Source: Candidatus Tiamatella sp.
GTDB lineage: Archaea > Thermoproteota > Thermoprotei_A > Sulfolobales > Acidilobaceae
NCBI GenBank assembly: GCA_015522645.1
Contig: WALV01000019.1
Span: 40,284-104,283, forward strand
Direction of reading: 5' to 3'
Length of the DNA: 64,000 bases
The first letter of the stretch is position 1; the number at the start of each line of letters is the position of its first letter. A model generated the notes under the pieces. It had not been told where the DNA came from. It did not search any database and worked only from the letters and a program-made list of their open reading frames with translations. The translations under genes were made by a program, and so were the position numbers. Of this stretch, positions 58,113 through 64,000 are shown piece by piece.

Positions 58113-58448
58113 CTATCCCCATATGGACCTAGCTAAATAAGATGAAGGCCGGCAAAGGATTTCTTCTATATTCTTTATTCTAGAAATTCTACGTAAACAA
58201 TCTTTGCAAATCCACCGTGATGGATCTAGTTGCACAAGACAGTGATCACAGCCAAGTCTCCCACAAATTGAGCAAGTATTTACAGCTAATCGTTGCCCGC
58301 AAAACTCGCAGAGCGTTTTAGAGCATATTGTACAAATCTTCTTCTCATAGTCGTAGTGATCCTTGCAAACATGGCGGCCGCAAATTCTACATGTCGCGAT
58401 TGCTGGTTTGCCACATATTTCACATGCTAGCTGCTGTGTTTCGCCCAT
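58113..58448 (-). CDS. Cysteine-rich multi-zinc-finger protein (eight CxxC/CxxH pairs)
   Basis: CEICG..CRICG..CKDH..CTIC..CEFCG..CSICG..CDHC..CKDC within 85 aa. Confidence 0.5.
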   Translation of the reverse strand: MGETQQLACEICGKPAIATCRICGRHVCKDHYDYEKKICTICSKTLCEFCGQRLAVNTCSICGRLGCDHCLVQLDPSRWICKDCLRRISRIKNIEEILCRPSSYLARSIWG

Positions 58449-58520
58449 TTTACCCGCCCAGAAGTATTACTTGCGTTTTACCGGGATACACCTAGATAAA
58501 CAGTTCTACCTAATTAAACA

Positions 58521-58814
58521 TTGGGTGGACACATGTATCTAGGGCGACATGAAAGAGGAGGAGTTCTATCCACAGTTTTCAATGAAATAATTGAAGGGGA
58601 GTTAAACAGTATGGAGAAAAGAATGGGGGAAATCAAGAGGAATCTAGGGCGTTCTTCCGGAGACGTAGAACTCGATGAAATTAATAGAATAGTGTATAGC
58701 TCTGTCCTCTCGTATCTTAGATCAGAATACAGTGAAATAAGAAAATATGGTTTGACGGTCAACATGTCAAGAGCGTCAGATTCGCCTGAGTATGTTGGTT
58801 TTACTGAAACCTAA
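58521..58814 (+). CDS. Hypothetical protein (97 aa)
   Basis: This is the more protein-like of the two overlapping ORFs in a 327-nt gap. It overlaps the iorB 3' end by 39 nt. Confidence 0.3.
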   Translation: MGGHMYLGRHERGGVLSTVFNEIIEGELNSMEKRMGEIKRNLGRSSGDVELDEINRIVYSSVLSYLRSEYSEIRKYGLTVNMSRASDSPEYVGFTET

Positions 58815-59366
58815 CTCGAATGCTTTCTCGTTAATTTCTGCATTTCTCAGAGTTCTAATAACCCTGATAACGGACTCTTTCGACACGAAATCCTCGAGTA
58901 GACCGGTTGATAGAAGGGATCCAAGTAGTACCATGTTTTGGGCAAGAGAGCTTCCTGCTTTTTGAGCTGTCGCTAAAGCATCGATAAGATAAGCCTTGCC
59001 TGTATGACTGGATATATATTTAATCAGATTATTTCTCGCGGGTTCTTTTACCCCGGGGACTGCTGGTTTAATAACTCTATCATTGAGAACGGCTGTCCCC
59101 CCTTTCTTTAAATAGTAGAGAAATCTGGCGGCTTCAATGAGCTCCATGCCTACTAGTATGTCTGCTCCTCCTATAGGTATCAAAGGTGCATAAATGTCTC
59201 CCATTCTAACATGTACTTCTACGCTGCCTCCTCTCTGGCTGAGTCCGTGTGTTTCAGCTACGAGTACTTTTGTTCCACTGGCTACTGCAGCTTTTGCAAG
59301 TACGTTTGAGAGAGTGATTAGCCCTTGCCCTCCAACTCCAGCAACTAGTATGTTAACCTTCTTCAT
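58776..59366 (-). CDS. iorB: Indolepyruvate:ferredoxin oxidoreductase subunit beta
   Basis: ILVAGVGGQGLITLS...ETHGLSQRGGSV gamma-domain motifs. Lies directly downstream of iorA. Confidence 0.85.
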   Translation of the reverse strand: MKKVNILVAGVGGQGLITLSNVLAKAAVASGTKVLVAETHGLSQRGGSVEVHVRMGDIYAPLIPIGGADILVGMELIEAARFLYYLKKGGTAVLNDRVIKPAVPGVKEPARNNLIKYISSHTGKAYLIDALATAQKAGSSLAQNMVLLGSLLSTGLLEDFVSKESVIRVIRTLRNAEINEKAFELGFSKTNILRRI

Positions 59367-59378
59367 TTCAGTTCGCCT

Positions 59379-61307
59379 CTAAATATTCCATAAATCATAC
59401 CATTCTGGATCTCCTTCCTTTACCTTTACTATAGCATTGAAGGGGCATACTTCCGCGCAGACTCCGCAACCAGTGCATAATGTCTCATCTATGTATGCTT
59501 TTTTATCATCTCTAACCATTATGGCAGGACATGTAAATGCATTATAGCAGACTCCGCAACCAGTGCATTTATCAGTTACAACTTGATATAAAGGATTATT
59601 AATGCCTCTTCTCTTAGCTCTTCTATCAATTTCTAATGCACAAGCTCTTCTAGCAACGAGAAGCGCCGGTTTTCTATTCGTTTTCACATATAATATCGCT
59701 TTGTATATCGTCTTAAAGGACTGGTCTATATCAAAAGGATCGAATTCATCTACATATTCTAGGCCGACGCCTTTGGCTATTTCTTTAATACTAATAGGCG
59801 TTGTCTCTTCATATGTGGCTGTAAGACCTGTACCTGGATGTGGCTGTTCACCGGTCATTCCCGTCACCCGGTTGTCAAGTACGATGATGAGCTGCGGTGC
59901 TTTATTGTATACTGCATTTACCAATCCTGTTATTCCGGAGTGGAAGAATGTTGAATCACCTATTATGGCTATGGGGAATTGCTGCTCAAATGTATGGGCA
60001 AAACCGTTTCCGAGTCCAATGCTTCCACCCATTTCTATTATAGTATCCTGTTCTTGAAACGGTGGAAGAACTCCAAGACTATAACATCCGATGTCTCCGC
60101 TAAAAACCGGCTTTACTCTAGCTTTGTTGACCGCTTTTCTTAGTGCATAGTAAGTGCCTCTATGAGGGCACCCGGGGCACATTGTTGGCGGTCTAGGAGG
60201 TAATTCCATTTGTTTGGTTAATGGATTATTCCCGGATAGATTAACAGGTAGAGTTTCTATTCCATGGAATTCGGCTATCGCTTTGGCTACCTTGTCGAGA
60301 CTCAATTCTCCGATTACTGGTATAAGACTCTTGCCTTTTATCGGAGCATTCAACCCCATATCATATGCTCTGCTTTTAACCTGCATCTCGACAACAGGCT
60401 CGAGTTCCTCGACTACTAGAATCTCTGCAGCATCCTTCAATGGCTCTAACATATCATTCGGTATAGGGAATGGAGTTGAAATCTTGATTAACGTAGTCTT
60501 TTCATAGAGACCTAACGATTCGAGAGCCTCTCGTGTATATGAATAGGATAACCCGGATGCGATTATTATTTTCTTATTCCCAGGATTCTCTATTCTATTG
60601 AAGGGTTCGAACCCCTCTAAAGCACTAACTATACTAGGCCATTTCTCTATCAGAGTCTTTCTTTGTTCTCTCGCATGTGATGGTATCATTGCAAACCTTG
60701 GTCTATCTTTTTTGAAGAACCCTTTCACCTTGTATTGTGGTAGGTCACCTATTTTAACAGGTCCTCTCACATGAGATATTCGGGTTGTTGTTCTGAATAA
60801 AACAGGGTGCTCGTGTTTCTCGCTGAAATCAAAGAGTACTTTAACTAGTTCCTTTGCCTCACCCGGATCGCTTGGTTCGAAAACCGGAATATAGCTCTTT
60901 AACCCGTAAAACCGGTTGTCTTGTTCGTTTTGGCTACTCCACATATTAGGATCGTCAGCGGTAACTATAACTGTTCCCCCGACAACACCGGTGTATGAAA
61001 GAGTCATAAATGGGTCAGCTGCAACGTTTAGCCCAACATGTTTCATAACGGCCATAGATCTTACTCCAGTAAGCTGCGCGCCATAAACGGCTTCTAGAGC
61101 GACTTTCTCGTTTGTACTCCACTCGACATGTATTCCCAGGTCGGTTGCTATTTTTGCAAGGGTTTCTATAATCTCTGTTGATGGTGTTCCCGGGTAACCC
61201 GCTACAAAACCTACACCAGCTTCCAATGCCCCCCGGGCTATTGCTTCGTTCCCTAGGAAGAGACGTATGCTTCCAGGGGGAGATAGGAGTTCTCCTTTGC
61301 TAACCAT
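59379..61307 (-). CDS. iorA: Indolepyruvate:ferredoxin oxidoreductase subunit alpha
   Basis: TPP-binding GDSTFFHSG...N, CPGCPHRG, and two C-terminal [4Fe-4S] motifs (CTGCGVCYNAFTCP, CTGCGVCAEVCP). Confidence 0.9.
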   Translation of the reverse strand: MVSKGELLSPPGSIRLFLGNEAIARGALEAGVGFVAGYPGTPSTEIIETLAKIATDLGIHVEWSTNEKVALEAVYGAQLTGVRSMAVMKHVGLNVAADPFMTLSYTGVVGGTVIVTADDPNMWSSQNEQDNRFYGLKSYIPVFEPSDPGEAKELVKVLFDFSEKHEHPVLFRTTTRISHVRGPVKIGDLPQYKVKGFFKKDRPRFAMIPSHAREQRKTLIEKWPSIVSALEGFEPFNRIENPGNKKIIIASGLSYSYTREALESLGLYEKTTLIKISTPFPIPNDMLEPLKDAAEILVVEELEPVVEMQVKSRAYDMGLNAPIKGKSLIPVIGELSLDKVAKAIAEFHGIETLPVNLSGNNPLTKQMELPPRPPTMCPGCPHRGTYYALRKAVNKARVKPVFSGDIGCYSLGVLPPFQEQDTIIEMGGSIGLGNGFAHTFEQQFPIAIIGDSTFFHSGITGLVNAVYNKAPQLIIVLDNRVTGMTGEQPHPGTGLTATYEETTPISIKEIAKGVGLEYVDEFDPFDIDQSFKTIYKAILYVKTNRKPALLVARRACALEIDRRAKRRGINNPLYQVVTDKCTGCGVCYNAFTCPAIMVRDDKKAYIDETLCTGCGVCAEVCPFNAIVKVKEGDPEWYDLWNI

Positions 61308-61444
61308 GAATATACACCAACTTTATGGATTGGTTGTTGTATGTTTTTATCTTAATCTCGGTCTTCAGGGGAGGACGGCTAGATGATTCTATGGATTAAC
61401 TTTAAATAATTGTTTCTGTAATAGATATTATACGGTGTAAAAGG

Positions 61445-61765
61445 ATGGATAATGAAATAATATACGAGGACAGGGATGTTGTAGTGACGGAAGCACCTAG
61501 GGACGATGAATTGGAGAAACTTGTGATAGAAATGCTAGACAAAGCGAAGAGGCCTGTTTCATGGAGGGAGCTTAAGAGAATGTTTAGTGGAATAGCTGGC
61601 GAAGATAGGCTTCGAAAGACTATATATAGGATAAAAGTAAGAGGCGATGTGGTAGAACTAACTGGGACCAGGTTTATACTTCCCAAGTACTTGGAGCGTA
61701 TAGATTATTCTAAAATCAAAAACCCTGCAGCAGTTACGCATACAGGGTTAGAGAGCATAGCGTGA
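61445..61765 (+). CDS. Hypothetical small protein, possibly winged-helix
   Basis: Charged, helical ORF (LVIEMLDKAKRPVSWRELKRMF...). The overlapping antisense ORF is low-complexity. Confidence 0.4.
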   Translation: MDNEIIYEDRDVVVTEAPRDDELEKLVIEMLDKAKRPVSWRELKRMFSGIAGEDRLRKTIYRIKVRGDVVELTGTRFILPKYLERIDYSKIKNPAAVTHTGLESIA

Positions 61766-62167
61766 TGTACAACCTCCTCCGATAGTCATAATACAATACA
61801 TAAATTATAGTATCAGGGTATTATAGTTTAACCCCCGAGGTGGAAGGAGCCATGTCTTCAATTAATTTCTTCTTTTTCCGGAAATCTACGCATTATTTTT
61901 GATATCCAAGGCATAACATGTTTTATATTCGAGGGATGGCCATGGGGTACAATAAAGTTGGGGTGAGAATAATCTATATGGATAACACTGTCAGAGTTTC
62001 TGTTCCAGGGGGAATGGAAGCCGTAATCCCTAGATCTAGTTTATGTAAATTCTTTAAACGATACAACCTGGAAGCTAATGGTGTCAAATGCTGAAACCCT
62101 GTTCTCCTATCAAGTTAAAAATAAAAGCCATGCCGTCCTTAATCTAATGCATTCGGCGGGGAAAAAT

Positions 62168-62244
62168 AGCGGGGTAGGGTAGCCTGGTAGCCCGCGGGGC
62201 TCATAACCCCGAGGTCGGTGGTTCAAATCCACCCCCCGCTACCA
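62168..62244 (+). tRNA. Initiator tRNA-Met(CAT), CCA encoded
   Basis: AGCGGGG...CCCCGCUACCA with the A1:U72 pair, and anticodon stem CGGGG/CCCCG with loop CUCAUAA. These are hallmarks of the archaeal initiator. Confidence 0.9.
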
Positions 62245-62283
62245 TAATGGTGCGGGGTCCCGCCACCACAAAACTTTTCTTAG

Positions 62284-62673
62284 TTAGCTTAGATTAAAAT
62301 GATAGGGGAGCAGTTCCTTCAAGGCCCACTGCCTCTTTTTGCCTGTAGATAGACTATACGAAATGATAGTGGCTTCCGGGTTAAACTCTGCTATAACCTG
62401 TCTACATGCTCCGCATGGACTGGTAGGCTCCTTGGTTTCTGTGAAAATATATATTTTGTCTATGTCTCTATGCCCATTTGTGACTGCATTAAACACCGCT
62501 ACTCTTTCAGCGCATATGGTTAACCCGTAACTAGAGTTTTCCACGTTAACACCGGGGAAAAGTTCTCCAGATCTCGTTTCAGCGATTGCTACTACTTTAA
62601 AGTTCGAGTAGGGTGCATATGCGTTAGGCATAAGTTTTTCCGCGAACTCGAATAATTCTTTCTCGCTCACCAA
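62284..62673 (-). CDS. cdd: Cytidine deaminase
   Basis: CAERVA (H/CAE) and PCGACRQ zinc motifs. The size (129 aa) fits the homotetrameric class. Confidence 0.9.
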   Translation of the reverse strand: MVSEKELFEFAEKLMPNAYAPYSNFKVVAIAETRSGELFPGVNVENSSYGLTICAERVAVFNAVTNGHRDIDKIYIFTETKEPTSPCGACRQVIAEFNPEATIISYSLSTGKKRQWALKELLPYHFNLS

Positions 62674-62720
62674 TATTATCTCTCCTAGTAACTCTTTTTA
62701 GTCATAGGGGTATATTTAGG

Positions 62721-63893
62721 GTGATTGAAGGGATAAAACAAGTGAGCATGATGGCAATAGGTAATGATTTACTGAAGAAGCCTAGATTGTTCTACGATAA
62801 ACTCAGGGAGCCCTTTGTGGGAAGGGATGAAGAAGCCTTAACAATAGTTTTAGCATTGTTATCCGGTGAGCATCTAATTATTATAGGTGAGCCAGGTACA
62901 GCTAAAAGTGCCTTAGCTAGGAGGGCTGCTAGGCTTCTTAATGTAAGGTTCTTCAAGTACTTACTTACCCGGTTCACAGAACCGTCAGAGTTGTTTGGTC
63001 CACTAGACATAAATGCTTTAAGAAAAGGGATCTATAAGAGAATCACTACAAGCAAATTACCAGATGCGGAAATAGCGTTTCTAGACGAGATCTTCAATGC
63101 GAATAGTGCAGTGCTGAATAGTTTACTAAGTATTTTACAAGAGAGATTGCTATATGACGGCTATAGTGAAATAAGAGTTCCGCTTTGGTCTCTAGTGAGC
63201 GCTAGTAATAGGATACCTGACGAACCTGAGCTGGATGCATTATATGACAGGCTCTTATACCGCCATATCGTAAAACCAGTGTCAGAAGAGTTTTGGGGAG
63301 AACTTTTAGATAGAGCATGGAGTATAGAGAAAGGAGACTTCGAGGATGTAAAACCAGTTATGTCTTCTAATGATTTTTTGGAGCTGAATAAACTGGTTTT
63401 CCAGGTTGATCTAACCGATATCAAGCAAAGCTTGCTCAGATTGTTCGCAATATTAGAAGATAGTGGTATGCATCTAACTGACAGACGTAAAAGCAAAGCG
63501 TTGAAAGCTATAGCTGCTCACGCTATATTTGAAGGAAGATTGAAAGCTAAAGTGGAAGATCTTTTTGTGTTGAAATATATTGCTCCAAGTGACGCGGAGG
63601 ATTTTGATAAAATAACAAACATATTACTAGAGGAGTTGAGGACCCCGGAAAAAATATTAGTAGAGCTAGGAGAAATTGAACGAAACACTGAGACTATAGG
63701 AAGAGAAGTTGAGAAACTTAAGAGTTTCGATCCTAAGCTCGTAGAGATATACCGAAGTCTTAAGACTGCTAGAAGAAGGGTTGCAATGATCTCTAGGATG
63801 AGCGATGATCCTAGGATTGCCGATAAAGTTGATTCGTTGATTAATAGGATTGATAATCTGCTTGATGAAGTAACGAGCAAGCTAGGTATGTAG
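62721..63893 (+). CDS. MoxR/RavA-like AAA+ ATPase
   Basis: Walker A GEPGTAKS, Walker B AFLDEIFNANS, sensor SASN, followed by a helical C-terminal region. Confidence 0.8.
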   Translation: MIEGIKQVSMMAIGNDLLKKPRLFYDKLREPFVGRDEEALTIVLALLSGEHLIIIGEPGTAKSALARRAARLLNVRFFKYLLTRFTEPSELFGPLDINALRKGIYKRITTSKLPDAEIAFLDEIFNANSAVLNSLLSILQERLLYDGYSEIRVPLWSLVSASNRIPDEPELDALYDRLLYRHIVKPVSEEFWGELLDRAWSIEKGDFEDVKPVMSSNDFLELNKLVFQVDLTDIKQSLLRLFAILEDSGMHLTDRRKSKALKAIAAHAIFEGRLKAKVEDLFVLKYIAPSDAEDFDKITNILLEELRTPEKILVELGEIERNTETIGREVEKLKSFDPKLVEIYRSLKTARRRVAMISRMSDDPRIADKVDSLINRIDNLLDEVTSKLGM

Positions 63894-63895
63894 CA

Positions 63896-64000
63896 ATGAC
63901 CGTGGCTGGAACTGATGAAAAGGAGGAAGGAACAAGTCTATTTGAAGGCCTAGACATAAATGACCCGTTGAAAAAATACAGAGGCTCACGCATTATTAGA
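63896..64000 (+). CDS. 5' end of a gene coupled to the MoxR-like ATPase (partial, unknown)
   Basis: The ATG lies 2 nt after the MoxR stop, and the frame stays open to the window edge (MTVAGTDEKEEGTSLFEGLDINDPLKKYRGS...). Confidence 0.35.
   Translation, partial: MTVAGTDEKEEGTSLFEGLDINDPLKKYRGSRIIR

Noticed and set aside
61936-62094. 52-codon ORF upstream of the initiator tRNA as a confident CDS
   Set aside because: No recognisable motif, and short enough to occur by chance in 400 nt. It is reported only as part of a low-interest finding.

Overview
This 64-kb window is archaeal chromosome, almost certainly from a hyperthermophilic crenarchaeon (Thermoprotei). The evidence is a Cren7 chromatin protein, a crenarchaeal-type single-OB SSB with an RGG tail, an Elf1 homologue, Hjc, GGGP synthase, PriL, a tRNA with a non-canonical intron, and very GC-rich RNA genes in an AT-rich background. 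It is mostly core genome. It holds a 19-gene ribosomal-protein cluster (S19 to L15, with RNase P protein Rpp29 embedded), a loose methionine/SAM-cycle neighbourhood (split MetE, AhcY, SpeH-type decarboxylase, PNP-like protein), tRNA-modification genes (ThiI, Trm5-like, Taw3), molybdopterin genes (MoaA, two MoeA), IorAB, stomatin/NfeD, ApgM, heme O synthase, and many small or unknown ORFs. Five RNA genes are absent from the ORF track: tRNA-Gly(GCC), an intron-containing tRNA(CAT), tRNA-Ala(GGC), initiator tRNA-Met, and a ~330-nt RNase P RNA that is hidden under two spurious ORFs. I also call one C/D-box sRNA candidate and a 59-aa Sec61-beta gene that falls below the ORF cutoff. I found no CRISPR array, transposase, integrase or recognisable defence system. 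The most unusual items are listed here. (1) A perfect 61-bp direct repeat duplicates the 5' part of tRNA-Ala and brackets a ~0.9-kb single-gene insert next to the RNase P RNA. (2) A three-gene operon of unknowns is centred on an AGOG-like glycosylase with an added 4-Cys motif. (3) A C/D sRNA candidate has a D guide complementary to the conserved tRNA D-arm. (4) A perfect 10-bp GC hairpin carries a TATA-like loop directly upstream of speH. All functional calls come from reading motifs by eye; no database search was run.
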